DNA of 20,408 bases. Origin: Myxococcota bacterium (GTDB taxonomy: Bacteria > Myxococcota_A > UBA796 > SXON01). The DNA lies in the NCBI GenBank assembly GCA_040386535.1, contig JAZKFH010000052.1, positions 49,747-70,154 of the forward strand, given 5' to 3'. Each line of letters starts with the position of its first letter. Position 1 is the first letter of the stretch. A model generated the notes under the pieces. It saw only the letters and a list, made by a program, of their open reading frames with translations, searched no databases and was not told the DNA's origin. Position numbers and translations under genes: made by a program. Positions 1 to 8,921 of this stretch are shown here, piece after piece.

Positions 1-260
1 CCGACGGGGACGGGTTCGGCGACGCCGGCGCCACCTCGCTCGCGTGCGAGGCCCCGATCGGCGCGCTCGCGGACGACGACGACTGCGACGACACGGACCC
101 CGCGGTCTCTCCGGCGGGCGTAGAGGTCTGCAACACGACGGACGACGACTGCGACGGCGCCGTGGACGAGGACGCAGCGGACGCGGCCACCTGGTACGCC
201 GATGCCGACGGGGACGGGTTCGGCGACGCCGGCGCCACCTCGCTCGCGTGCGAGGCCCCC
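1..260 (+). repeat. Intragenic direct repeat; 1-56 is identical to 205-260 (204-nt, 68-aa period)
   Basis: ccgacggggacgggttcggcgacgccggcgccacctcgctcgcgtgcgaggccccg starts at 1 and the same block recurs from 205. It encodes the metal-binding repeat unit. Confidence 0.85.
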
Positions 261-1583
261 GTCGGAACGCGAGCGGACGCCGGCGACTGCGACGACACCG
301 CCGCGTCAGTGCACATCGGAGCCGCGGAAACGTGCGGAGATGGCGTGGATCAGGACTGCGACGGGTCGGACGAACGTTGCGGGCTAGCGGTGGTCGCGTT
401 CGGAGACGCCGACATCCGGATCGACGGTGGCTTCGGTCGCGGCGGGAGCGCATGGACCAACGGGCAGGTCGGACAGGCCCTCGCCACGGGCGACACCAAC
501 GGGGACGGCGTCGCGGACGTGTTGATCGGCGCGCCCTACCCGGACGGCGAGGCGCGCCTTGCCATAGGCCCGGTCACGTCGGGGAACTTCTCGAGCGCCA
601 CGCTTCTGAATCGGGGAAGCTGGTACGAGCGGGTCGGCGCCGCGCTGGCGACGGGCGACCTCGACGGCGACGGGATGGACGAGTCCGTGGTGGGAGCGCC
701 GGGCGACTACTATTACTACCCGGCCGATGCCTACGTATACTCCGGCGGCGTGACGCCCTCCCTCGAGCACTCCATCGCGGTCGCGGGCGAGTCCTTCGCG
801 ACCGGGGACACCAATGCGGACGGGCTCGACGACCTGCTCCTGTACAACGACAAGCAGTGGTACCTGTTCCAGGCGCCGCTGCCAGCGCGAGCGACCACGT
901 CGGATGCGGCGACGCACCTCGCAGACGGCGAGGTCACCTGGGGCTACGGTGGGCGGAGCGGCGCGATGGGCGACCTCGACGCCGACGGCTTCGACGACCT
1001 GGTGATGGCGGTCACCGGCGGCGCCGCGGTGGTGTTCGGTCCGCCCCCGTCGGGCTCGCTCGTGGTCGCGGACGCGGACACCTTCCTCTCCGAAGACGCG
1101 GCGGCGCTCGCGGTGGGGGACGGTGACGGCGACGGCGACGACGACCTGTTCCTCGCCGATGGGACCTCCCCCTCTGGCCGCCTGGCGGTCTACCTGTTCC
1201 TGGACGTCGGCCCAGGCACGCTCACCCGCCGGGACGCCGCCGGGGCGCTGGTCGGCGACACCTCGGCACCCGCGCCCAGCCTGGCGACGGCGGACTTCGA
1301 TCAGGACGGCATCGACGACATCCTCGTCGGGGACTATCGGTCGGGGTGGGAGCCCGGCAGCACCCGGCTCTGGTACGGCGCGCTGTCCGGGACGGTGGGG
1401 TACACCGACGCCGCGTTCCTCTTCGAGGGCGGGTCGGTGGGGGACTACGCCGGGTGGGCCGTCGCGGCGGGCGACGTCACCGGGGACGGGTTCCCGGACG
1501 CCATCGTGGGGGCGATGGGCGCGACGGTCGACGGCGCCGCGTTGTCGGGCGTCGTCTACGGCGTGTCGTTGCAGGGGCGGTAG
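1..1583 (+). CDS. Surface protein with putative metal-binding (MopE-type, DCDD...CDG.D) repeats plus an FG-GAP/integrin-like beta-propeller; 5'-truncated by the window edge
   Basis: The frame of ORF 162..1583 stays open back to base 3 (DGDGFGDAGATSLACEAP...DCDDTDPAVSPAGVEVCNTTDDDCDGAVDE). It has WYADADGDGFG motifs and several FG-GAP motifs (GDTNGDGVADVLIGAP, GDLDGDGMDESVVGAP, GDVTGDGFPDAIVGA). Stop TAG at 1581-1583. Confidence 0.85.
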   Translation, partial: DGDGFGDAGATSLACEAPIGALADDDDCDDTDPAVSPAGVEVCNTTDDDCDGAVDEDAADAATWYADADGDGFGDAGATSLACEAPVGTRADAGDCDDTAASVHIGAAETCGDGVDQDCDGSDERCGLAVVAFGDADIRIDGGFGRGGSAWTNGQVGQALATGDTNGDGVADVLIGAPYPDGEARLAIGPVTSGNFSSATLLNRGSWYERVGAALATGDLDGDGMDESVVGAPGDYYYYPADAYVYSGGVTPSLEHSIAVAGESFATGDTNADGLDDLLLYNDKQWYLFQAPLPARATTSDAATHLADGEVTWGYGGRSGAMGDLDADGFDDLVMAVTGGAAVVFGPPPSGSLVVADADTFLSEDAAALAVGDGDGDGDDDLFLADGTSPSGRLAVYLFLDVGPGTLTRRDAAGALVGDTSAPAPSLATADFDQDGIDDILVGDYRSGWEPGSTRLWYGALSGTVGYTDAAFLFEGGSVGDYAGWAVAAGDVTGDGFPDAIVGAMGATVDGAALSGVVYGVSLQGR

Positions 1584-1614
1584 CGGACGCGCGGCTCCGG
1601 TCGGCGTCGCGCGC

Positions 1615-1950
1615 CTACCGCCCCGGCCGCTCCGACAACAACGCCCGCTTCCCCGGCTTTCCCGCGAACTCGGGCGCCTCGGGGAGCCCCTTCTTCTGCT
1701 TGCTGATCGAGGGCCACGACTTCGACAGGCGCGCGTTCAGCGCGATGAACTCCTGCTGATCGGCCGGCACGTCCTCGTCGAGGAAGATGGCGTTCTCGGG
1801 GCAGGCGGGCACGCACGCGGCGCAGTCGATGCACTCGATCGGATCGATGGCGAGCATGTTCTCGCCTTCCTTGAAGCAGTCGACCGGGCAGACCGACACG
1901 CAGTCGGTGTACTTGCACTTGATACAGGACTCGGTGACGACGAACGCCAT
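1615..1950 (-). CDS. fdxA: Ferredoxin, Azotobacter FdI-like ([3Fe-4S][4Fe-4S] type), 111 aa
   Basis: [26 protein letters not shown]...[22 protein letters not shown]...[15 protein letters not shown] is the classic FdxA pattern. GAGGAG RBS lies upstream of the ATG at 1950. Confidence 0.93.
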   Translation of the reverse strand: MAFVVTESCIKCKYTDCVSVCPVDCFKEGENMLAIDPIECIDCAACVPACPENAIFLDEDVPADQQEFIALNARLSKSWPSISKQKKGLPEAPEFAGKPGKRALLSERPGR

Positions 1951-2026
1951 GGAGAGACTCTCCTCGGAGCGGGACGGGGGCGAAGGATAGCGCACGGCGT
2001 CGGCCGGGCCACGTGGGGCGGAGCGA

Positions 2027-2317
2027 TCAGCCCTTCGGCTTGCCGCCGGCGCCGCCGTTGGGGGGCTTCGGGTCCTGCTCGACGTTCACGTCGTCCCAGC
2101 CGTCGTTCTGCCCGTCCAGGTACCAGGGCTTGTCCTCGCCCGCGTTCTTCTTGCGGCTCGGATCGGCCGCCTCCTTGGCGACCCGCGCGGCCTCGTCCCG
2201 GTGGAACGCATTGTGGTCCACGCGGTGCGACGGCGGGCGGCCGGGGTGGTTCGCCTCTTCCTTCGCGGCGCCGAGCCCGGCCTTGACCTTCTCTTTGATC
2301 TTCGAGAAAAGGCCCAT
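2027..2317 (-). CDS. Small hydrophilic hypothetical protein, 96 aa ([12 protein letters not shown]...[13 protein letters not shown]...)
   Basis: Its ATG (2317-2315) overlaps the TAA of the upstream radical SAM gene (TAATG). Codon usage is typical and the N-terminus is an amphipathic MGLFSKIK. Confidence 0.75.
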   Translation of the reverse strand: MGLFSKIKEKVKAGLGAAKEEANHPGRPPSHRVDHNAFHRDEAARVAKEAADPSRKKNAGEDKPWYLDGQNDGWDDVNVEQDPKPPNGGAGGKPKG

Positions 2318-3936
2318 TATTGGCTGATCATCTTGGTGAGGTTGCCGTACTGCCGCATCTTGAAGATCGTCAGCTCGCCGCGCTGGAAGTACTTGAGCGC
2401 CACCTTGAACATGCGGACGTAGTTGGCGGCCCACGCGAGGTAGAACACCTTGTCGACGTTCTCGGCCTTCTTCCAGTGTTCACGCTCGTCGAGCAGCTTG
2501 CGGATGAAGCTGCGGGGCACGAACGACTTGGACGCGAGGCAGTAGATCGCGAGGTAGAAGCGGTCCTCGTCGCTGCGGGGCCAGTCCATCGACACGCGGA
2601 ACTGCTTCCACGCCTTGGTGCTGCGGCCCTCGACCAGGTTCGGATCCAGCGAGCCGTCGGCGAGGCTCTTCTTCGTGAGCGCGGTGCCCGGGAAGTAGTT
2701 CAACGAGTAGAAGTAGATCGAGTAGGGGAGGGGGAGGTCCAGCAGGAACTCGGCCGTCTCCAGCTTCATCTCTTCGGTGGCGTGCGGGTTGTCGATGATG
2801 ACGTCGTAGACGATGTCGAGCTTGAGCTCTTTGTTGAAGTCCGCGAACTTCATGATCGCCGTGTTGCCCGGCGAGCGGTTGTGCATCTCCTTGGACTCCT
2901 TGCTGGAGCCCGACTCGATGCCGGTCTGCACGCGGATGAGCCCCACGTCGACCAGCTTGCGGAGCATGTCCTCCCGCAACATCGGCGGGATGAGCAGGCA
3001 CTCGAAGGGGATGCCGATGCGCTTGGGGTACTCGACGAGGAACTCGTCCATCCAGTCCTGGCCGAAGGCGAAGCTGGTGTCGTCGTCGATCTTGACGCGC
3101 GCGACCCGCGGGAACTTGGCCCGCATGTACTCCAATTCGCCCATGATGTGCTGTACGGAGCGGGCGCGGTAGAACTGCTTGCCCTTCTCCTCGTACACGT
3201 CGCGGAGGATGGAGACGTAGCAGTAGGAGCAGTTGTACGGGCAGCCGCGGGAGAAGTAGATGCGGTACTCGGCCGTGCGCTTCCACGGCTCCTCGATCGT
3301 CATCTTCCCGTCTTCGATGTAGTACTTGTTGTCGTCCTCGACGTCCGGGTAGGGCAGCCAGTCGAGGTCCTGGATGAGCGGGCGGGGCTTGTTCGGGTGG
3401 ACCGCGCCGGCCTTGTTCGCCCAGATGTTCGGGATGTTGGTCGTGTCGGTGCCGTCGCGCAGCGCGGTCGCCAGGTCGATCGAGGCGACCTCACCCTCGC
3501 CCACGCACACGTAGTCGACCTCGCCGATGCACTCTTCCGGCACGGACGTGGGGTGGATGCCGCCCCACACGACCGGCGTGGTCGGGAAGCGCTTCTTGAT
3601 GCGCTTGGTGACCTCGTGGGCCATCGGGTACAGGCTCGACATGAAGCCGACGCCGACGAGATCGGCCTTCTTGTCGGCGATGACGTCGAGCGCCATCTGG
3701 ATCTCCTTGTCCGACGGCATGTCCAGCATGTTGTGGCGCCAGTCGCGCAGGAACACGATGTGCGTGTCGAAGCCGGCGCGCTGGAGCGCCGCGGACACGT
3801 AGCGGATGCCGGCGTTCTCGACGCTGTAGATCGTCATGAGGACGACCGTGAAGCGCCGGGGGGCGGTCGCCGCGGCCGTGGAGCCCTTGCTCGTGGACGA
3901 GGCGGACGCGCTGGACGAAACGGACTGGGTAGCCAT
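2317..3936 (-). CDS. Cobalamin (B12)-binding radical SAM protein, 539 aa
   Basis: B12-domain motifs VVWGGIHPT and VDYVCVGEGE; radical SAM motif SRGCPYNCSYC; GIESGS; FPGT. GGAG RBS upstream. Confidence 0.93.
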   Translation of the reverse strand: MATQSVSSSASASSTSKGSTAAATAPRRFTVVLMTIYSVENAGIRYVSAALQRAGFDTHIVFLRDWRHNMLDMPSDKEIQMALDVIADKKADLVGVGFMSSLYPMAHEVTKRIKKRFPTTPVVWGGIHPTSVPEECIGEVDYVCVGEGEVASIDLATALRDGTDTTNIPNIWANKAGAVHPNKPRPLIQDLDWLPYPDVEDDNKYYIEDGKMTIEEPWKRTAEYRIYFSRGCPYNCSYCYVSILRDVYEEKGKQFYRARSVQHIMGELEYMRAKFPRVARVKIDDDTSFAFGQDWMDEFLVEYPKRIGIPFECLLIPPMLREDMLRKLVDVGLIRVQTGIESGSSKESKEMHNRSPGNTAIMKFADFNKELKLDIVYDVIIDNPHATEEMKLETAEFLLDLPLPYSIYFYSLNYFPGTALTKKSLADGSLDPNLVEGRSTKAWKQFRVSMDWPRSDEDRFYLAIYCLASKSFVPRSFIRKLLDEREHWKKAENVDKVFYLAWAANYVRMFKVALKYFQRGELTIFKMRQYGNLTKMISQ

Positions 3937-3995
3937 CGGGGGGCTCTCCGGAGCGGGCAGGGGCGGGATGCGTGGAGCCGGACCTGGGGGCGGTC

Positions 3996-5399
3996 CTAGG
4001 AGGCGAGCATGCGGAGGCCGGCGGTGGCCTTACGCATGAAGTCCTTGGGGCTCTGGATCTGGGTCAGGTTGCGCGCGATGAACTTCGGCCGCCAGTAGAA
4101 GCGGCGGTACGCGGTCTCGAGCAGCTCGCGCAGCTCGGCGCGGGTGAAGTACTCGTCCCACACCTGGGCCTTGAAGTCCTCGCGCGGGTCGCGCATGAAC
4201 TTGAACCAGGGGTTCACGTCGAGCACGCCGTCCCGCTCGCCCTCGTCGTACAACGTCGTGCCGGGAAACGGCGTGAGCACGTTGTACATGACGAAGTCGG
4301 GATCGAGCTGGATCGAGTAGTTGATCGTGTCCATCACGTCTTCACGCGTGCGCTCGGTGGGCGTGCCGATCATGAAGTACGCGACCGTGTGGATGCCGAC
4401 CTCGCGGCACAGGCGGAACGCGCTCTCGATCTCGCGGACCGTCACGTCCTTCTTCAGGCGCAGCAGGCCCTCTTCCGTGCCCTGCTCGACGCCGAACTGG
4501 ATGCGGTTGCAGCCCGCCTGCTTCATCTTCGTGAGGAGCTCGCGGTTGGCCCCCTTCACGCGGAAGCGCACGGTCCACGAGAGCTTCAGGCCGCGCTTGA
4601 TGATCTCGTCGCAGAGGTCCATGACGCGGGCGTTCGTGATGTTGAACGTGTCGTCGACGAAGTAGAACTCCTGGATGCCGAGATCGAGGCAGGCCTTGAT
4701 CTCGTCACACACGCGGCCCGGCGACATCACGCGGTAGCGGTGGCGCGGCGTGTTGCAGAAGGTGCAGCGGTACGGGCAGCCACGCGACGAGATCAGCGTG
4801 GTGAAGATGCCGCCGCGCCCCATCACGTCGTAGTAGCGCTTGTAGTCGACCATCGTGCGGTCGATGATCGGGTAGTCGTCGAGGTTGTTCGAGAAGTACA
4901 CGTCCTGCTCGGGCACCGGATCGTCGGCATGCGCCATCGTCCCGCCGATGCCCTTCGGCTGTTCGCCCTTCTCCCACGCGTCGCACAGGTCGAGCATGGG
5001 CTTCTGCCCCTCGCCCTTGACCACGGCGTCGACCCCGGGGAGGTTCTTGCACTCCTGCGGGAAGTCGCTCACGTGCGGCCCGCCGACGACGACGTACTTC
5101 GCGCCGCCCTTCTTGGCGGTCTGGACGGTCTTGAGCACGTCGACCAGCTGCACCGTGAACGCGGTGACGCCGACCACGTCGGGGCGGAACTCGCGGACCT
5201 TGGCCTCGAGCGCGTCGTACTCCATGTCGTCCAGCTGCGCGTCGAGGATGATGACCTCGTGCTTGCTGTGCGTCTTCATGAACTGGGCGATCGCCATCAA
5301 CGCCAACGGCGGATACGACAGGTTCTCCGCGGCTACCGCCTCGGGGACTTCGCTCTCGACGGAGTGTTTCGCGGGGGGTCGGATGAGCATGACGCGCAT
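3996..5399 (-). CDS. Cobalamin (B12)-binding radical SAM protein, 467 aa
   Basis: YPPLAL, VVVGGPHVS, VDAVVKGEG; SRGCPYRCTFC; FYFVDDTF; MKQAGCNRIQFGVE; YFMIGTPTE; TPFPGT. Confidence 0.95.
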   Translation of the reverse strand: MRVMLIRPPAKHSVESEVPEAVAAENLSYPPLALMAIAQFMKTHSKHEVIILDAQLDDMEYDALEAKVREFRPDVVGVTAFTVQLVDVLKTVQTAKKGGAKYVVVGGPHVSDFPQECKNLPGVDAVVKGEGQKPMLDLCDAWEKGEQPKGIGGTMAHADDPVPEQDVYFSNNLDDYPIIDRTMVDYKRYYDVMGRGGIFTTLISSRGCPYRCTFCNTPRHRYRVMSPGRVCDEIKACLDLGIQEFYFVDDTFNITNARVMDLCDEIIKRGLKLSWTVRFRVKGANRELLTKMKQAGCNRIQFGVEQGTEEGLLRLKKDVTVREIESAFRLCREVGIHTVAYFMIGTPTERTREDVMDTINYSIQLDPDFVMYNVLTPFPGTTLYDEGERDGVLDVNPWFKFMRDPREDFKAQVWDEYFTRAELRELLETAYRRFYWRPKFIARNLTQIQSPKDFMRKATAGLRMLAS

Positions 5400-5568
5400 G
5401 GGGCGGACGTCCTCGGTGGGCAGTGTGCCCGATCGCCGGGGTGCCGGTCAAACGCCGGCACCAATTGGGCCGCGAACCTGTAGCCGGGGGATCACAATGC
5501 ACGCGATGCCGACCACGCGGAAGAGGGCCTCTCCCAGCGGTTAGGTCCCCTGCCGTGACCCGCCAGCC

Positions 5569-7236
5569 GTGACCGCCCTCCTGCCGATGCCCGCCCCCCG
5601 GCCCCGTCGCGCGTGGCTCGTGATCGTGGCGCTGTTCGTGTCCGCGTGGGCGCTGCTGCTCCCCGCGAACGGCGCCCCGGGCACGTTTCCGGGCAACCCG
5701 ACGCTGCCGGATGCGCCCGCCACGCTCAACCTGCACTGGCAGCTGCACACGCGCGGGCTCGCGGGCCTCGCCGCCGACGATCTGCACGGCTTCCCCATGC
5801 GCACCGACCGCTTCGTGACGGACGGCGCGCCGCTGGACGCGCTCGCGTCGTGGCCCTTCGTGGCCGCGCTCGGCGAGGCGACGGGCATGTGGGTGTGGAT
5901 GCTCGCCACCCTCTGGGCGGTCGGCGCGGCCGCTGCGTGGCTGGGGATGCGGTGGTGGGGCACGCTCGGCGCCGGGCTCGTGGCGGGCCTCGGGTACCAG
6001 GTGGGCGACGCGCTGGTGCGCGAGGTGGCGGACGGGCGGCCGGCGCAGGTCTTCGCGGCGATCTTCCTACCGTTCGCGCTGGGCTTCGGGGTGGACGCGG
6101 CGCGGCGCTCTGCCTCGGGGGGCCCTCTCGCTGGAGGTATCGGCGCCGCCGTCGGCGCGGGGGTGTGCGCCGGTATCGGCACGCTCGCGAGCGGCAACCT
6201 CGGGCCGATGTTCCTGCTCGCGGCGCTCGGGCCGATGCTGTTCGCGGGGTGGGGGGCGCGTCGTGAGGCCGCCGGCACTGCGCTCGTCGTGTTCGCGGCG
6301 TTCGCCGTCCTGGTGGTGCCCGCGCTCGCGTGGATGGCGACCGGCCGAAACGAGATCCCCAGCCTGGGCATGGACCCCTGGCAGGAGGTGGTGATCGGCC
6401 TGCGCCAGGTGCGCCCCGTCGATCTGGGCGCGGCGCGCATCCACGGCCTCGACGGCGTCGCGGTCGGCACGCTCGGGCGGCCGGTGTTGCTCCTCGGCGC
6501 GGCGTGGGTGCTCTGGACGGCGCAGGCGCGTCGTGTGGCGGTCCCGCTCGCGGCGGCGTGCCTGTTCGCGCTCATCGGCCTCGGCGCCTGGCTGCCCGGG
6601 CCGGTCGTGCTCCCGTGGGGCTTGCTCCAGGCGATCCCCGGCGCGGCGCGGCTCTGGTGGCCCGATCGCACCTGGATCGGCGTGGCGTTGGCGCTCGCCG
6701 TGCTCGCCGCGGGGGTGCCTCGGCGCGTCGTCGGGCTGGTGGCCCTCGGCGTGTTCGGCGAGGCGTGGATGTTCTCCCGCGCGCTCCCGTTCGACCGCCT
6801 CCCGCTCGGCCCGTCCCCCAGCGCGGAGGTGCTCGCGCGCGCCCCGGACGTGCCGTTCGTGCTCCTCCCCACGGGGCAGGGGCCCTTCCGCAGCGACCGG
6901 CTCGACCTGGTCGACCAGCTCCGCCACGGCCGCCCGATGGCCAACGGCACCGGCGCGGTGCTCGATCTCACCTCGTCCGACGCGGTGCTCCGCAACTGGC
7001 GCAACAACACCGGCCTGCGCGCCCTGCTCGCCTGCGAGATCGGCGTGGGCGCCAGCGCCGGCGACGTCGACCACGCCGCCGCCACCGCCGCGCTCGTACA
7101 CGCCGGCCTCACCGAGGTGTACCTCGACCCCCGCTACGTCGGCGAGGACCCCGCCTACGCCGCGTGCGTCCAGGGCGTGCTCGCCGGGTGGACCCGGGGC
7201 GAGGAGCCGCCGCTGGTGCGGTTCCGGGCGCCCTGA
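5569..7236 (+). CDS. Polytopic membrane protein, possible GT-C/YfhO-like glycosyltransferase
   Basis: Many hydrophobic segments followed by a soluble C-terminal domain. RLWWPDR and DQLRHGRPM motifs parallel those in 12504..14183. The start codon is uncertain. Confidence 0.7.
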   Translation: MTALLPMPAPRPRRAWLVIVALFVSAWALLLPANGAPGTFPGNPTLPDAPATLNLHWQLHTRGLAGLAADDLHGFPMRTDRFVTDGAPLDALASWPFVAALGEATGMWVWMLATLWAVGAAAAWLGMRWWGTLGAGLVAGLGYQVGDALVREVADGRPAQVFAAIFLPFALGFGVDAARRSASGGPLAGGIGAAVGAGVCAGIGTLASGNLGPMFLLAALGPMLFAGWGARREAAGTALVVFAAFAVLVVPALAWMATGRNEIPSLGMDPWQEVVIGLRQVRPVDLGAARIHGLDGVAVGTLGRPVLLLGAAWVLWTAQARRVAVPLAAACLFALIGLGAWLPGPVVLPWGLLQAIPGAARLWWPDRTWIGVALALAVLAAGVPRRVVGLVALGVFGEAWMFSRALPFDRLPLGPSPSAEVLARAPDVPFVLLPTGQGPFRSDRLDLVDQLRHGRPMANGTGAVLDLTSSDAVLRNWRNNTGLRALLACEIGVGASAGDVDHAAATAALVHAGLTEVYLDPRYVGEDPAYAACVQGVLAGWTRGEEPPLVRFRAP

Positions 7237-7249
7237 GGAGGGGCGGGAG

Positions 7250-7420
7250 GCGGAGCCGGGGCGCACCCGCGCGGACGCGGGCCGGGGCCCTTGCGGGGTC
7301 GGCCTCCGGCCTCCGTCGCCCGCTGCGTGCGGGCGGACGGGCGCGGGCCGTGGCATCTTCGTGGCCTTTGGCCTCGGGGATCGAGGCGCCCGCGCCCCCC
7401 TTCAGGGCGCCTTGCGCGGG
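7250..7420 (+). repeat. Diverged copy of the ~160-bp dispersed GC-rich element
   Basis: 7250-7283 matches 17252-17285 at 32/34. Further colinear patches: ggtcggcctccggcctc vs ggtcggctccgggctc, gcatcttcgtg vs gcatttacgtg, gcgccttgcgcggg vs gcgcccttggcgcggg. Confidence 0.6.
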
Positions 7421-7428
7421 GGGGTTCT

Positions 7429-7761
7429 CTACTCCGGCGCCGGGCACTCCTCGGCGACCGGTTCCTGGTCGCACTCCTCCGCGTACACCTTCTGCGTGCA
7501 GTTCATGTACTCGAGGACCTCAGGGTCCTGGTTGCCCTCGGCGTACCCGCACAACGTCGCGTCGTACATGCCCCCGTCGGGATCGCAGTACCGCATGTCG
7601 TACTCCTCGCAGGCCTGCTCGGCCTCCTCATCCGAGTAGCAGCACCCCTCGGGCGTGCCGTCACACGAGACGTTCTCGCACGCGCAGGCGATCTCGATGC
7701 CGGCGAGGCACGCGTCGTAGGTTGTCTCGGCGCAGGCGAACAGGGTGAGCAGGAAAAGCAC
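7429..7761 (-). CDS. Cys-rich acidic lipoprotein, 110 aa
   Basis: GTG at 7761 with GGAG upstream. VLFLLTLFAC is lipobox-like, followed by 12 more Cys and many Asp/Glu. The ORF-track extension to 8061 is the antisense of the antitoxin gene. Confidence 0.7.
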   Translation of the reverse strand: MLFLLTLFACAETTYDACLAGIEIACACENVSCDGTPEGCCYSDEEAEQACEEYDMRYCDPDGGMYDATLCGYAEGNQDPEVLEYMNCTQKVYAEECDQEPVAEECPAPE

Positions 7762-7900
7762 GGGGCTCCGTCGGAGCGGGGAGCCTACCCGCCTTCCGAC
7801 TCCATGCCACCTCGAGGTCAGCGGCGCGGGTCGGAGGTCCGGAGGCGCCCCTTGCGGCGCACGGCGATGCGAACAAAATTGAATCGTTTCGGAGCACCCA

Positions 7901-8200
7901 ATGGCCCGCACGAGCGTCCACCTCCCGCGCGGCATCGTGGAGCAGCTCGACCGCCTCGCGGTCGAGCGCGGAACGAGCCGGAATCGCGTGATCCTCCAGG
8001 CCTGCCAGGAGTTGCTCGCACGAAACCAGCGCGATTGGCCGAGGGACTTCTTCGAGACCACGCTACGCCGCGAGGAGCTCCAGGAGCTTCGATCCGGCGG
8101 GCAGGAGATGGAGGCGGCGATCGTCGCGGCCCGTCACGACCTGCGTCGCGAGGAGCCCGCGCTCGACCGATTGAAGGCCTCCATCCCGGAGACCTCGTGA
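7901..8200 (+). CDS. CopG/RHH-family antitoxin, apparently fused to an N-terminal remnant of its PIN toxin
   Basis: MARTSVHLPRGIVEQLDRLAVERGTSRNRVILQAC is a ribbon-helix-helix pattern. GGAG RBS and an AT-rich upstream stretch. The tail LRREEPALDRLK continues into the PIN frame after a frameshift. Confidence 0.75.
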   Translation: MARTSVHLPRGIVEQLDRLAVERGTSRNRVILQACQELLARNQRDWPRDFFETTLRREELQELRSGGQEMEAAIVAARHDLRREEPALDRLKASIPETS

Positions 8201-8514
8201 TCAGTGCGCCCGTCGCGGCCGAGATCACGTTCGGACTCCGGCGCCTGCCGGAGGGCTCGCGGCGGCGGACGCTCCTGGCCGCCGAATACGAACGCCTCAG
8301 GCTCGTCGTGCCCTGGAGCGACTGGACCGAAGAGGCGGCGCTCGAGTTCGGCAGACAGAAGGACGCACTCGAACGGGCGGGAACCCCGGTGGGCGACATG
8401 GACGTGATCATCGCGTCCGTCGCGATCGCCCTGGGCGGCGGCGTCGCAACGGCCAATGCGCGCGACTTCCAGCGGATGCAAGGGCTGCGGGTCGACGCGT
8501 GGCCACGCGCTTGA
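8141..8514 (+). pseudogene. vapC: VapC/PIN toxin remnant lacking the N-terminal LDT motif, frameshifted near 8175
   Basis: ...LHPGDLVISAPVAAEITFGL...AALEFGRQKDALERAGTPVGDMDVIIASVAIALGGGVATANARDFQRMQGLRVDAW is a PIN body. No xxLDTN start is present in any frame. Confidence 0.75.
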
Positions 8515-8567
8515 CGGGCCACCACCGAGCATCGGGCCGGTCGTAGCGCCGGTCGCCCTGATCGCGC

Positions 8568-8620
8568 GCTCCTGCGCCGAGGGCGCGGAGGCAGCAATCT
8601 CCGGCCGCTGGTTGGGCGAG
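8568..8620 (-). repeat. Degenerate partial copy of the ~160-bp dispersed element
   Basis: gctcctgcgccgagggcgcggaggcagc...gctggt resembles gctcccgcgccaagggcgcggagggcagc...gctggt at 10234. Confidence 0.55.
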
Positions 8621-8682
8621 GGCCACGGATGGTCGGGTCCTCGTGACGCGCGACCGCGCCCGAGGGTGGCTATGCTCGCCCC

Positions 8683-8921
8683 ATGGTACGAGCCGTTCTG
8701 AGCGCCTCCGGTGATGTTCACCTCCCCTAGGAAGTGCGCGACCAGCTCGGCCTTCACCCGGGCGACGAGGTGGAGCTGCATGTTCTGGGCCCACGCGTCG
8801 TCGGGGTCGCGGGCGGTCCCAGGTCAGCGTCGTCCTTGCGGGTTTGCTGCGGTCTGACGCGCGCGGCGTGACGCTCGCTGACATGGAACGCGCGATCGGC
8901 AACGGCGCGACCGGACGGTGA
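8683..8921 (+). pseudogene. AbrB/MazE-fold antitoxin pseudogene
   Basis: ATG 8683 reads MVRAVLSASGDVHLP*EVRDQLGLHPGDEVELHV with an in-frame TAG at 8728-8730 (AbrB pattern LPxEVRxxLGLxPGDxV). A one-base frameshift near 8840 leads into LLRSDARGVTLADMERAIGNGATGR*. Its TGA overlaps the next GTG (GTGA 8918-8921). Confidence 0.8.

Noticed and set aside
1951..1995. N-terminal extension of the ferredoxin to 1995
   Set aside because: The family-typical start MAFVVTE at 1950 has a good RBS lying inside the extension.
44..5483. Long alternate-frame and antisense ORFs (44..1126, 1123..2286, 2320..3999, 3972..5483) and similar ones elsewhere
   Set aside because: These are shadow ORFs expected in very high-GC DNA, overlapping well-supported genes and lacking motifs.
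7829..7850. Another fragment of the dispersed element (reverse complement resembles 7302-7317)
   Set aside because: The match is too short and GC-rich to separate from chance.
8728..8730. Programmed amber read-through (pyrrolysine) in the AbrB-like gene
   Set aside because: The same gene and its partner carry further frameshifts and a deletion, so decay is the simpler explanation.
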